A DNA stretch of 63,594 bases, filler included, from Basidiobolus ranarum (GCA_040143965.1; 47 parts of 47 records of this genome joined end to end with filler, not necessarily neighbours in it); one strand, 5' to 3'; numbered from the whole stretch's first letter, positions 1 through 12,250 are shown. Numbers and translations are program-made. Notes: generated from the letters alone by a model not told the origin.

Positions 1-137
1 TGTTGCCTGATTCTACAGCTCTTGAGAAGTTTATCAAGCTCCATTGATACATGTTCTTCACCATGATCTGTTCTTGGAGACTTATTTTTCTTGCCTGTTT
101 CATTCTCTGCTGTGGCTTTAAATTACAAGAGTACTTC

Positions 138-1263
138 CCCTGACAGAAATTTGAGGATTGGTATTGTAGGAAAACCATCACAATTTTAATCCATTTGGGA
201 TTGACTGTTTACTTACCATCATGAAATTGTCATGCTAAATTTGATTTTAATCAATTTTTCACTTTCATTGGTGAAACTTCAAGATCTTGCAAGATAGTTG
301 CCCATGATTGGCTACAATCTCAGAGAATTATCATTCAATGAATGTGCAAAACCATAACTCAAATTTTGCACATTTACCACTTGAATGCTAACTTGTCATC
401 TTTGTATTTCCTAGTTTCTGTGATATATTCTCCTGAATATTCTCATAGAGTTCTTCATACCCAAGGTTTAGCTCTTATCCAACATGAGTTTGTATCAATA
501 TCTCCATCAAAGCCCACCATTGTATAAATGTTGCTGAATCAACATTCTTCCAGCTATCTGGTGGATACCCAGCAATATTGTGCCACTCTGTATCAAGTTC
601 TTCCCAGATATCTGCATAGTCAACACCAGACTGAATGTCAAGTTGAATGTTCTTCTTCTGGAGCCACTTTCTGCATACTTGCACTGTGTTTTTCCCTTCA
701 TACTTTTGAAAATATTCCACAAGCACTTTTACTATTTTCATACATCCTTATAGTGTGACACTACTGAGGGTGCTTTGCAGTGTTTTTGTGGCCTTTTGCT
801 TGCCTTAAACTTTGGGGCTAATTTCAACACTTTGAAAGGTATCAGTTGAGGTTCCCTAACAGAAATTTGAGGATTGTTATTGTAGGAAAACCGTCACAAT
901 TTTAATCCATTTGGGATTGACCATTGACTTACCATCATAAAATTGTCAAGTTAGATTTGATTTTAATCATTTTTTCAGTTTCAGGAGTAAAATTTCAAGA
1001 TCTCTCAAAATAGTTGCAAATGATTGGCTAAAATCTCAGAGAACTATGGATCAATACATGTGCAAAAAAAGTAACTCAAATTTTACACAATTACCACTTG
1101 AACACTAACTTGTCACCTTCGAAATCCCTAGTCTCTTTGATATATTCTCCTAAATATTTTTATAGAGTTCTTCATACCAAAGGTTTAGCTCATACCCAAC
1201 ACAAGTTTGTGTCAATATCTCCATCAAAGCCCACCATTGTATTAACATTGCTGAATCAACATT
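138..1263 (-). mobile_element. CACTA/EnSpm-like DNA transposon right end with 3' part of ORF2; two nested copies starting at 138 and 854
   Basis: Terminus CCCT(A/G)ACAGAAATTTGAGGATTG at 138 and 854. The minus-strand ORF 475-741 (KYEGKNTVQVCRKWLQKKNIQLDIQSGVD) recurs in many contigs. Confidence 0.8.
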
Positions 1264-1363
1264 NNNNNNNNNNNNNNNNNNNNNNNNNNNNNNNNNNNNN
1301 NNNNNNNTTAATTAATTAANNNNNNNNNNNNNNNNNNNNNNNNNNNNNNNNNNNNNNNNNNNN
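1264..1363. other. Artificial contig spacer (first of 46 identical spacers)
   Basis: 44 N + TTAATTAATTAA (stops in all six frames) + 44 N recurs about every 1.35 kb; the intervening contigs shrink steadily from 1263 to 1249 nt. Confidence 0.99.
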
Positions 1364-1392
1364 ATTTACTTTCCTAATGCTGGTGTCATAAT

Positions 1393-1694
1393 TGTTGAAA
1401 TTAGCATTGCCTAAACATCTATATAGTCATATATAGCTTAGTATTTAGTTATCCTATATTGAACCAAGATATCGGAATTTACTTAGAAGTTCTCATATAT
1501 AGATTTTTCAAAGAAGCCCTAAACTTAGCACACATGTTCCTGGGACCTTCCTTAACACATTCTACACGTTAGTTTGTTTACATCTTGACAAAACTATAAA
1601 TATCAACTGAATACGCAATAAATCAATAAGTGAAAACCACCAATTTCTCTAATTCTCCAAACCACTTCCAACAGGCTCGCAAAATATTTCAACA
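1393..1694 (+). mobile_element. Solo Copia LTR (family C1) with 5-bp target-site duplication
   Basis: TGTTGAAAT...ATTTCAACA inverted ends, flanked on both sides by ATAAT. The same LTR is followed by PBS+gag at 29275 and preceded by a PPT at 27701. Confidence 0.9.
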
Positions 1695-2087
1695 ATAATC
1701 TCTACCGATTGCATTTGCGAAGGCATGAAAAGAGTGACCAGAAGTTCTAAAACGGAGTAGATAGCGGAAATACATTTGACGAAATCATCGTGAATCTATG
1801 TAGATTTAGTAGCTCTAGTGTATTATTTCGATAGATTTTACTTTGTCAACAATAATACTCAACTTACTGACTCGGGAGTGATACTAAAAATGTTTAGATA
1901 TTTTAGTTGAAAGTGAATGCAATAATAAACTAGAAATAACCTCAAAGTAGCCATGTTTGCAGTTTGACAGTAACATCTTACAAGTCTATTCACACTGCTA
2001 GAATAATCAAAAAACGATTGGGTGGTCACCATAAGTAGTAATAATACAGCCGTGCCCTCCAAATAAGGGTTAGTAAGAATTGTACTA

Positions 2088-2276
2088 GATGTGTGGAATA
2101 CCACAGCTGATTTTAGACCCGAAAACTACCCGAATACCATACCATTAATTCAAAAAGTGATAGAATATCTACAAAGTCGAAAATGGCGACTAGTCAATCT
2201 AGCAACATGTCTTGGTAGTAAAGCATTTTATCGAGAGCCCACACCATCAGATAGAATTTGTGGAATTAGTGAATGA
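2088..2276 (+). pseudogene. Polysaccharide (chitin) deacetylase C-terminal fragment or terminal exon, paralog of the convergent gene
   Basis: DVWNTTADFRPENYPNTIPLIQKVIEYLQSRKWRLVNLATCLG aligns with the minus-strand paralog; an in-frame stop lies just upstream and no upstream exon was recognised. Confidence 0.65.
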
Positions 2277-2350
2277 CCTTAATAGAAGCAAAATTTCAAA
2301 GAAATCTTTATAAATTATTATATTAAATAAGTAACATTGAATTGAACAAT

Positions 2351-2626
2351 CTAAATGCAATCTTCTTCACCGCAACTATTATCATTAGGATTAGGGTCAC
2401 GATAGAATGGTGCGCTACCCAAACATTCTGGCAAGTTCACCAAATTCCAACCACGGCCTTGAAGATATTCAATAGGACGCTGAGCAAGAGGAATAGTTTT
2501 GGAGTAACTTTCTGGTCTGAAATCGGCGGTGGTATTCCAAACGTCATGATTTAAGGAGATGAATTTACCTACTTTAGGATTAGTAGGTCCGGTTTGCTCC
2601 ACGTATTCTTCATACATCTCATCGAT
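2351..2626 (-). CDS. Polysaccharide/chitin deacetylase (CE4, NodB domain), 3' end
   Basis: FISLNHDV (CE4 motif 5) followed by IEYLQGRGWNLVNLPECLG, typical of the fungal CE4 C-terminus; 5' part cut by the contig end. Confidence 0.8.
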   Translation of the reverse strand: MDEMYEEYVEQTGPTNPKVGKFISLNHDVWNTTADFRPESYSKTIPLAQRPIEYLQGRGWNLVNLPECLGSAPFYRDPNPNDNSCGEEDCI

Positions 2627-2726
2627 NNNNNNNNNNNNNNNNNNNNNNNNNNNNNNNNNNNNNNNNNNNNTTAATTAATTAANNNNNNNNNNNNNNNNNN
2701 NNNNNNNNNNNNNNNNNNNNNNNNNN

Positions 2727-3033
2727 TTAATCTTTATTCAACATCATAGTTAACTTTAGTTATGATACATATATCAGAAACAGAAAGCAACGTATCTATA
2801 GCCCCTATATTCTAAATAGGAATATCTCTATATCTATTTAACAAGTATGTCTTATTACCCCCACTTATCTATTATATCTTATTACACAAACTCCTGAATA
2901 TCTCAAACAATTGATTTACTTTTCTACTATGTAAGTCACCATATACTCTTAAGAATAAACTAGCTAAAACACACTATCATAAATTGCTTCTAATACTCAA
3001 AGTCTACCCCCATTATGTCAAGATCCTCCAACA
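2727..3033 (+). mobile_element. Copia LTR family C3 (partial)
   Basis: Ends ...GATCCTCCAACA. The same LTR precedes PBS+gag at 39370-39579; other copies at about 8172-8279 (-) and 22811-23009. Confidence 0.8.
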
Positions 3034-3175
3034 CTTTCCTTCATAAAATGTTTCTAACCTTTATAGAAGGGCTTCCTATAGCCATATAAGGCAAATTTTC
3101 TGTCCTTGTAGTTGCCTCCTATTTGAATAAATATTCATGCAGGCATCTGGCAAATATATAAATGAGGGTCAAATT

Positions 3176-3882
3176 TGTTTAAATTAGGTAAATAGCAACT
3201 CTTTATTTAGTAGTTAGTATATTCATATTCAGATTATTTAGTACTCAATTCTGCCATTTAAAAACAAGTGTTTATTGCCCTTATTGATAGAAATTTCAAT
3301 TAGATTGCTTTTACCAATTTTTACTATTTTCTCAAAACACCTCCAAATCACCTCAAATTTTCACCCATGCTTAACAGGAATGTTTGTTATCATCTGAGCA
3401 CATTCCATAGTCCAATTTCATAGCAAACTGTATATAGGACATAATTTATACAATAACACTCAAGTGTCAAGTTCACAAATCCAAATCTTGTCCAAAACAC
3501 ATCCATATCCCCTAAGCACTTTTATCAGGTTATGAGCCCAGCGCAAGCTGCTAAAGAAATCTCTACCAGTACTATTACCAACATTTTTGCATCCATGGAA
3601 AAGTTTGATGATCAGAACTTTCACCTTTGGAAGTTCAAGATGCACATGGTGCTAGAAGACAAGGATCTTTGGGGATTTGTGACAGGAGAAGAAATGAGCC
3701 AAAGGGACCACCAGAAGCTATCCTTTCCTTTTGCAAGAAGCAAAGGGAAGCACTCTCTACACTTTGTCTTCTTCTCAGAGACACTCAAATGAGGCACATA
3801 CCATTAGCCAAAAATGTCCTAAATGCTTTGGAAACACTTGAGGGACTATATGAGACTAAGAGTCTAGCTAGTAGGCTATATC
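3176..3882 (+). mobile_element. Copia 5' end: LTR family C2, PBS and degenerate gag
   Basis: LTR 3176-3527, PBS GGTTATGAGCCCAGCGC at 3528, gag motif KFDDQNFHLWKFKMHMVLEDKDLW; truncated by a CACTA terminus at 3883. Confidence 0.88.
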
Positions 3883-3988
3883 CCCTAACAAAAATAAAAT
3901 CGATTTGATCCGGATCGGATCCACCCTCCGAAATAGCAAAACCGTCAGAGAACCGTCACAATATCGTTGGCTTGCATTCTGCCAGGGA
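3883..3988 (+). mobile_element. CACTA-like transposon left end (CpG-intact copy)
   Basis: CCCTAACAAAAATAAAATCG... with AACCGTCA subterminal repeats; also at 49879, 55147, 57531 and 22207 (-). Confidence 0.75.
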
Positions 3989-4121
3989 NNNNNNNNNNNN
4001 NNNNNNNNNNNNNNNNNNNNNNNNNNNNNNNNTTAATTAATTAANNNNNNNNNNNNNNNNNNNNNNNNNNNNNNNNNNNNNNNNNNNNCACAACCCAGTA
4101 ATCAATACGAATAAGAAGATT

Positions 4122-4750
4122 ATGACATTCAAGCAAACTCCACCTCTTAGTCCATATTTGCCAACCTGCAATGTATCCAACTCATCACATGCCCAACTCC
4201 TAAAAACATCTATGAAGCCAATATCCACTGACATTATTGCTGAAGAGCAGAAACCAACAAAACCTATGGTTCATAAGCTCCCACCCAAATTCCAAGCCTT
4301 TGCTGATGTCTTTGAGAAGAAGAAATCTGATATACTCCCAGCTCACCACCCATATAATTGCCCTATAGATCTACAAGAAGGAAAACAACCACTATTTGTG
4401 CCTATATATGGGCTGACCCAGCAAGAACTCAAGATTCTGAAGGAGTATATTGCAGAAAATCTGGAGAAAGGGTTTATCCAACATTCAAAGTCCCCTGCAG
4501 GCTCTCCAATCTTATTTGTTACAAAAGAGGATGGATCCCTCTGTCTCTGTGTTGATTATCAAGGCCTAAATAGCATTACAGTCAAAAATTGGTACCCCTT
4601 GCCATTAATCAACTCACTCTTCAATCAGCTTGCCTCAGCCAAGGTGTTTACAAAGATTGATCTAAGAGGTGCCTATAATCTTGTAAGAATCAAACCAGGA
4701 GACCAATGGAAAACTGCCTTTTGAACTTGCTGTGGACACTTTGAATATTA
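4122..4750 (+). mobile_element. Ty3/Gypsy (Tf1/sushi-type) reverse transcriptase N-terminal fragment
   Basis: LPAHHPYNCPIDL...LEKGFIQHSKSPAGSPILFV...LCVDYQGLN...FTKIDLRGAYNLVRIKPGDQWKTAF, then a TGA in place of the expected Arg (CGA). Confidence 0.93.
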
Positions 4751-4754
4751 TGAC

Positions 4755-5349
4755 TCTTGTACCATTCAGAGGGAAGACTATTTAAGTTGATTAAAATGTT
4801 GGCCAGCAAGCCTCTCTAACAGTATATTTGTTTAGTGAGAAACCATCCATTGCCAATGCAAATGCATGATCATATGTGTTCTCAAAGAAACCTTGACTTT
4901 TCAAAATCTGGTAGTGATATCCATCAGGTATATTGGTAATACCATCAGCTTTAAGGTGAATACTTCAGTATTGGATCAATGATCTATATTTGAGCAATTT
5001 CATCAAAACTTTAAGACAGGGAATCAATGGTATGTAAGCCAAATATGAACAATATTTACCTGATTCATTGATTGCCTATTATGTGCAAACAGTACATGAC
5101 TTCAGGTTTTTCAGATAGCTGGTTAAAGCCAAACTACCATTTGGACAGGAAGGTAGTTTAATTACTGAAGGATTATAAGTCATACAATTGACAAGTGTTT
5201 TCCACTTGTACCAGGTCTGTGGCAAGCATCGGTTGCCAATCAATGGTGGTAAAAGTGTAAGAAAACTAATAAACACCTGGTTGCTAAAATTGGATTGAAC
5301 ACTCCACTCCTCAATAATCAAAGCTGCTTCCTTTGGAGTAAATGCTATG
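4755..5349 (-). mobile_element. CACTA-like transposase, N-terminal/central fragment (degenerate)
   Basis: FLTLLPPLIGNRCLPQTWYKWK...LPSCPNG resembles the LL-P-N-LP and CPxGC region of CACTA transposases; repeated at 18080-18514 and 43430-43620. Confidence 0.72.
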
Positions 5350-5449
5350 NNNNNNNNNNNNNNNNNNNNNNNNNNNNNNNNNNNNNNNNNNNNTTAATTA
5401 ATTAANNNNNNNNNNNNNNNNNNNNNNNNNNNNNNNNNNNNNNNNNNNN

Positions 5450-5724
5450 TCTGTCAATGTATGGTACTTTGGCATTTCAGCTTTACAAGCAACTGATTGG
5501 CCTTAGACTTTGTGTTCAGATGCAGTCACCATACTCCATATTTTCCTCTTTGGGAATTACATTGCTGGGGAACCTTAACCTAGTCTGTGAATGTATGGTA
5601 CTTTGGCATTTCAGCTATACAAGCAACTGATTAGCCTTAGACTTTGTGTTCAGATGCAGTCACCATCCTCCATATTTTCCTCTTTGGGATTACTGCTTGT
5701 ATCACAAGTCACCAGTCTTTCAAC
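5450..5724 (-). repeat. LTR-like repeat (family C5) with an internal ~134-bp tandem duplication
   Basis: ATGTATGGTACTTTGGCATTTCAGC...TTTCCTCTTTGGGA occurs twice; the TGTTGAAAG terminus is shared with copies at 16015 and 21551. Confidence 0.7.
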
Positions 5725-6190
5725 AAGAACTGCCAAAACAATAACTTTTTACTACACTAAGTATATCCTAGCTATACCAAAGAAGTTTGAAATGGAAGAA
5801 TGTGAACCAGTATTTACTCTAATGAAGATAAATCTCAACTTGACCAAACATGGATCAAATCAGACATTTTTGGATTCAAATGAAAGCCAGAAATTTCCTT
5901 ATCAACCTATGTTTGTTAGTTTAATGAATATCATGGTTGGAATATGGCTAGATGTTGCATACTCTGTGGGAGTCATGTGCCAATATCTTCAAAATTATAG
6001 AACTAATCAAATCATACCAGTTAGGTGGATTTTCAGATATTTGATAATTACTGTGGATTGTTGCCAAAAATACACATATTCTGGTTCAAACTTTGACCTA
6101 ATATGCTATTCCGATATAAATAGGGGAAGAGATATTGAAGGCAGGAGATGTGCAACAGGATACTAATTCTTTATTATAATGGTGCTATTC
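5725..6190 (+). mobile_element. Copia RT/RNase H fragment (degenerate)
   Basis: FPYQPMFVSLM...DVAYSVGVMCQY...WIFRYL...CYSDINRGRDIEGRRCATGY. Confidence 0.85.
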
Positions 6191-6333
6191 CTGACACAAT
6201 AAGGAGCTGGACAAGGAGTGAATATAACAACAAGAGGCTAGAAGGTAGCAGAAAACTTGGGTGTAGACCACAAGGCTAGACAAGACTGGACAGGAAAGAT
6301 ACTTTGGCAAGAATCTTGTTTGATAATTGGTGT

Positions 6334-6710
6334 CCCTAACGTAAACTTGAGGATCATTATCATAGGAAAACTATTGCAATTTTAATCCATTAGGGATTGA
6401 CTAATTACTTGCCATCATAAAATTGTCAAGTTAGAGTTAATTTAATAAATTTTTTCAGTTTCAGGAGTGATATTTCCCTTGAATGCTAATTTTGTCACCT
6501 TTGAAATCCCTAATCTCTTTGATATATTCTCCGGAATATGTTTATAGAGTTCTTCATACCCAAGGTTTAGCTCATGCCCAGCACAAGTTTGAATCAATAT
6601 CTCCATTAAAGCCCACCATTATGTTATTGTTGTGAGATCGTCTTTCTTCCAGCTATCTGGAAGATACCCTGCAATATTGTGCCACTCTCTATTAAGTTCT
6701 TCCCAGATAT
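6334..6710 (-). mobile_element. CACTA-like right end inserted in a Gypsy G1 LTR fragment (6191-6333)
   Basis: CCCTAAC terminus at 6334 abuts sequence matching 25302-25445. Confidence 0.72.
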
Positions 6711-6810
6711 NNNNNNNNNNNNNNNNNNNNNNNNNNNNNNNNNNNNNNNNNNNNTTAATTAATTAANNNNNNNNNNNNNNNNNNNNNNNNNNNNNNNNNN
6801 NNNNNNNNNN

Positions 6811-6972
6811 ATCACTATTGCTCATCGACTCTCTACCATTCAGAATGCAGATCTTATAGCGGTGGTTAAGAATGGAGCTGTTATTGAGCTTGGTACGCAT
6901 ACCGAGTTAGTGGCTAAACGAGGATTCTATCACATGCTTGTTAGTAAACAAAATTTGGAAGGCATCCATTAA
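6811..6972 (+). CDS. ABCB/MDR-type ABC transporter, C-terminal end
   Basis: Translates to [53 protein letters not shown] (H-loop of NBD2). Confidence 0.92.
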   Translation: MTIAHRLSTIQNADLIAVVKNGAVIELGTHTELVAKRGFYHMLVSKQNLEGIH

Positions 6973-8279
6973 CTCAGAAAATTGAATTACAAGCATTATT
7001 AATTCCGGTAAATTGAACCAAAAACTCATCATCCCCATTGCATTTTTAGCTAGTTCAATGTCCATTAAAGTCAAGGTTAAGTCTCATATTTGAATAACCA
7101 GTAGAATATCGTTCATTTATGTTGGCCACCAATAGCGAAGCAGAAGGAGATAACTTATGCAGCAGTAGTAAAAATGAAACACAACTCACTGTATGTGGGA
7201 TTATATCTAAACAGTGTATTTTGTGAATGGGGTTGAGTATACTAAGGCATTGGCGAAGCCTTGTAGAACTGTCACCTGATTTGAACCTATTTCTGTTTCC
7301 AATCCCTAAAGATAGTGCAACTTTGGTGCTAATTCTCATCCTAACAATGTTCGCAATAGTATTGTTCCATGATCTGTGAGATGGCCAGTCTCTTTGTAAT
7401 TCCGATTGAAGATTCTTCCTATTTGGTGGAGGACTACTAACCCTGCTGTTAATGATTTCAACAGTACTTCCTCCTCACCTTGATATCATATTTATCCTGC
7501 TCTTATAGTTTTGTAGATGCTTAGTTGAGACTGGTAATGAAGGCTACATATTTAGCAATTGGTTTTACCAGTCAGGATTGATTTCAACAAAATATATGGC
7601 GAAGAGAATCAAGCCTTCAATTCAAGGTTCGTTTGAATTCCTGAGGGCTACCATCTATTGTTCTCTTTAGGAATATTTAACTTCTTGAGAGCATTTCAGG
7701 TTTTTGCAGAGAGTTTTAAGAAAAGGAGTAATCATAAGTTTGAGAGATATTTAGCGCTTGGCAGAAGTATAAAATTTGTACTTCTAAAGGTAATATGGAA
7801 CACAAATGATGGGATTAAGTTCAAAATATCAGTGAGAGTTAAATCAGCTATTAGGTTTAGTTTGGGTGACTTTAAATGTCAAACTCAACATTGTGAATTC
7901 TGGCTAATTCATGTATGTTGAAATTAGCATTGCCTAAACACCTATTCAGTCATATATAGCTTAGTACTTAGTTATCTTATATTGAACTAAGATATTATCC
8001 ATTATTCTCATAAGGAATTTACTTAGAAGTTTGAAGATATATAGATTTTGATAACTTGTGCTAGAAGCCCCNNNNNNNNNNNNNNNNNNNNNNNNNNNNN
8101 NNNNNNNNNNNNNNNTTAATTAATTAANNNNNNNNNNNNNNNNNNNNNNNNNNNNNNNNNNNNNNNNNNNNTATTCCTATTTAGAATATAGGGGCTATAG
8201 ATACGTTGCTTTCTGTTTCTGATATATGTATCATAACTAAAGTTAACTATGATGTTGAATAAAGATTAATTATCCAACA

Positions 8280-8760
8280 ATAACTCCCACAAAATATGCA
8301 GTATCTGGCCATGTTCCAACCATGATATACATCAAACTACCAACCATAGATTGACAAGTAAATTTGTGGCTTTCATCTGAATCCAAGAATGTCTGATTTG
8401 AGCCATTTTCAGTTATGTTAAGATTTGTCTCCATTGGGGTAGATACTGCATTACATTCTTCCATTTCAAACTTCTTTAGTATAGCTAGGATATACTTAGA
8501 CTGGTTTCAAGTTATTGTTTTTGTAGTTCTATCAATCTTAATTTGGATTCCAAGATAGTACTTCAGTTCATCAAGATCAGTCATTTTGAGTTTGGCAGAT
8601 AAGCTGGATTTGGTTTTCTCCAAGTTCTTGAAGTCATTGGTTGCTATAATAAGGTCATATACATATATGGCTAATAAAACTGGGTTAGTCTTATCTGGCC
8701 TGAAGTAGAAACTAAAGTTGGCATTAATCTTTTGGAAATTGAGTGTTTCCAAAAAGTATC
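8280..8760 (-). mobile_element. Copia RT fragment
   Basis: LAIYVYDLIIA (degenerate YVDD), KMTDLDELKYYLGIQI, QSMVGSLMY; interrupted by a CACTA right end at 8761. Confidence 0.88.
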
Positions 8761-9135
8761 CCCTAACAGAAATTTGAGGATTGTTATTGTAGGAAAACCA
8801 TCACAATGTTAATCCATTTTGGATTGACTGTTTACTAACCATCATAAAATCATCCAGTTGATTTGAATTTAATCAATTTTTTCAATTTCAGAAGTGAAGT
8901 TTCAAGATCTTGCAAAATAGTTGCACATGATTGGCTACAATCTCAGAGAACTATTGATCAACACATGTGCAAAAAACATAACTCAAATTTTACACAATTA
9001 CCACTTGAATGCTAATTTGTCACCTTCAAAATCCCTAGTTTCTTTGATATATTCTCCTGGATATTTTTATAGAGTTCTTCATACCCAAGGTTTAGCTCAT
9101 ATCCAACACAAGTTTGTATCAATATTGCCATCAAT
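8761..9135 (-). mobile_element. CACTA-like right end
   Basis: CCCTAACAGAAATTTGAGG terminus and ORF2 3' end. Confidence 0.8.
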
Positions 9136-9142
9136 CATAACC

Positions 9143-9431
9143 TATTGGGAAAATATGGGTTGTTTGGAGGAACTATAGAAAAGTGGAGTTGTAAATAGCT
9201 TTGTGAAATAAGTATTTATTATCCAGAAATAAAGCATGTTGAAGTTTATTGTCTTTATCATATTTGTTATCTCTATCGTTATACACCTAACTATTTCATA
9301 TAATACATATAAGTTAGTTCACATTACTTAGTCAAATATCACTTAGCTGAAAATTGGAACATATATTATATATATATGTGAATAATGTAAGAATTAGCAA
9401 TTCCATATTGGAAATTTCAAACTCATCCAAA
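9143..9431. repeat. LTR family C4 fragments (two nested, opposite orientation)
   Basis: TATTGGGAAAATATGGG end at 9143 and TGTTGAAGTTTATTG end at about 9237; other pieces at 20396, 28250, 29680, 44783, 45853 and 56949. Confidence 0.65.
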
Positions 9432-9531
9432 NNNNNNNNNNNNNNNNNNNNNNNNNNNNNNNNNNNNNNNNNNNNTTAATTAATTAANNNNNNNNNNNNN
9501 NNNNNNNNNNNNNNNNNNNNNNNNNNNNNNN

Positions 9532-10130
9532 GCACAGAGGAACTATCTCCAATCATCACTTAAGAATCATTTATCCTAGAGAATCAGAATGCTGTTGATC
9601 CACCACATCAGCAGTAACTACTAAGGAGAAAACTAACATGGTTGAAGCAAGTAAAAACTGTGCAGGAATGTATCTACCAGTTCATATGCATAATGGGCCT
9701 GATCAACAGTGTGCATCAACTGGCCAAAGTGCTACTCATTGTTGAAGGATTGACAGCAAGGATGGAGCTGGAAGTGAACTACCAAGCCTCAAACACCTTA
9801 GAACAGCAAATTAAGATTGCAATCACCTATGACATAGCCATATACAAGAAGAAAGACCATACACTATGGAGAACAGACAACATTATATTTACCCCAGGAG
9901 TCCAACGGAAGGAACTCCCATGTAGATTGATTCCATCAACACTGAGGTTGCTTTCAAGGAATATAAGCAAAGATGATTGTGCTTCACACCCCATAAGAAG
10001 GGATATTATTCAAGATATTGTCAAGACAGAAAGCCAAAAGGAAAGTGAGAACAGCTTTAACATTGTTGAAACAATGCCAGAGCCAGACAACAATTGGGAA
10101 GAAAAAGCTGAGTCCACTTTGCAACTGATA
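9532..10130 (+). mobile_element. Ty3/Gypsy gag fragment (degenerate), followed by a C2 LTR on the minus strand (about 10130-10455)
   Basis: LKQVKTVQECIYQF...EGLTARMELEV...SNTLEQQIKIAI resembles the retrotransposon gag major homology region. Confidence 0.6.
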
Positions 10131-11198
10131 AGGTGTTTAAGAGTTTTGCAGAAGGTTTGGACCAGATTTGTGTTTGTGAAATAAACACTTGAGTTTTATT
10201 GCAATGAATATGTCCTATTTATACTTTACTATGAAATAAAACTATTGGATGTGCTTAGATCATATAAAACATGCCTGTCATGCATGGTTGAAAATTTGAG
10301 ATCATTTGGAGAAGTTTTGTGAAAAAAATAAAAATTGGTTGAAGTGATCTAAATGATACTTATATCAATTAGAGTAATAAACAGATGTTTTTGAATGGTG
10401 GTATGAGTACTAAATAATTGGAATATATATGAACCAACTACTAAATAATGTGTTGCTCTATTACTATTTTCAACATTCTTGCTGAACAAGTTATTTTGTA
10501 TTTCACTAAAACCTGATATATATCTTGATGATTCAAATTGTGCTTTAACAAAAGGTTCTGATAATATGTCATCAATCATTTCTTCCATATATGAGTTCAC
10601 TTACATCTATCTCTATTGCCCCTCTAGCAAAGTGATGCCTAATATATGTAAGTTTTATTCTAGCAAGAAATGTAAGGTTTTCAGCTGATGAAACACAACT
10701 TTGATTATCTTCAAATACAGTAGTAGGATGTTGATGCATTCATTGTAAATGTATAACTAACTTTGTTAACCACATTCCTACTAGAGCAATNNNNNNNNNN
10801 NNNNNNNNNNNNNNNNNNNNNNNNNNNNNNNNNNTTAATTAATTAANNNNNNNNNNNNNNNNNNNNNNNNNNNNNNNNNNNNNNNNNNNNAAAACTATAA
10901 ATGTCAACTTTCAGCTAAATAAATCAATAAGGGAAAACCACCAATTTCTCTATTTTCTCCAAACGAGCTGATTTTATTGAAAGCAATTGCCATTTTGTCT
11001 TTTCGATGTTCGACTTGAGTTGAGCTCGGTGCATTTATAGTTGGAGTAAATAAACTACTTATTTTGCTCAAATGACAAATATCGTTCTCAAATCTCTGTA
11101 CATGAAGAATATTAGCCACCGAACCATTTGTTTTTTGAAGATATTAGAAGAGGCAAGATGGATGGAAAGGTTTGACTAAATACCTGTTAGTGTTTTAG

Positions 11199-11380
11199 CA
11201 TGTGGATCATTCGCTGGTTCATACAGATCCCGTATACCGTTATCAATATGTCTCTAAATTGTTGATCTTACCAAGAAAGATGTTGAAGTTATTAAATCGG
11301 TTTTTGAGTAACTTGCTCCTCTTGGCGCTACTTTAGTCGATGCTGTTTATGATAAACTTGAGAAATTCGACATTATCAAG
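11199..11380 (+). pseudogene. Protoglobin / globin-sensor domain pseudogene fragment
   Basis: HVDHSLVHTDPVYRYQYVSK-(frameshift)-VDLTKKDVEVIKSVFE*LAPLGATLVDAVYDKLEKFDIIK matches the N-terminus of fungal protoglobin-domain proteins (R-x2-Y-x3-F-x-D...P-x4-VDAVY-x-KL-x2-FD). Confidence 0.65.
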
Positions 11381-12250
11381 ACTTGCTGTAGGTTAGAAAG
11401 AAATGAGATTTCGGGTGTGATAAATATATAACAAGTATGTAATTGCTATTATTGACTGCAATGGGTTTTGGTGAAGGATTTAGATGCACAGTATTCAATA
11501 ACTGTTCTATCCCAAAGTTCCTTCATATCCTTTGGTAGAAAAATTTATCTCACCAATTCTTCTTTTACAATAACCCCACATGTACTCCAAAGATCTGAAC
11601 ACTGCTCACTGAAGTAGTTACTCTTTCTGAAGTCATATTTTGTTGTCACCCAAGTGGTATGCTCTAGATCATTATCTTGCTGGAATACAAATATATAGGA
11701 ATTCTTTTGAAATTAGCATTGCCTAAACACCTATATAGTCATATATAGCTTAGTACTTAGTTATCTCATAATTCACTAACATATTATCCATTATTCTCAT
11801 AAGGAATTTACTTAGAAGTTTGAAGATATATGTATTATTCAAACTTATGCTAGAGGCCCCAAACTTTGCATGCATCTTCCTGGGACATTCCTAAGCACAT
11901 TCTACATGTTAGTTTGTTTACATCTTGACAAAACTCCAAATGTCAACTTTCTTCTCAATAAAACAATAAGTGAAAACTGTTAAAGTATTTGGGAGCCTGT
12001 TGGAAGTGGTTTGGAGAATTAGAGGAATAGGTGGTTTTCACTTATTGATTTATTGAGTAAAAAGTTGACATTTATAGTTTTGTCAAGATGTAAACAAAAT
12101 AACATATAGAATTTGTTAAGGAAGGTCCAAGGAACATGTGTGCAAAGTTNNNNNNNNNNNNNNNNNNNNNNNNNNNNNNNNNNNNNNNNNNNNTTAATTA
12201 ATTAANNNNNNNNNNNNNNNNNNNNNNNNNNNNNNNNNNNNNNNNNNNNG

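Noticed and set aside
3883-3988. Classical Neurospora-type RIP (CpA>TpA) as the cause of repeat decay
   Set aside because: The pairwise differences examined are mainly at CpG, and CpA/TpG remain abundant in the repeats.
7055-7921. ORFs 7055-7339 and 7658-7921 downstream of the ABC transporter
   Set aside because: No recognisable motifs or coding signals; treated as intergenic.
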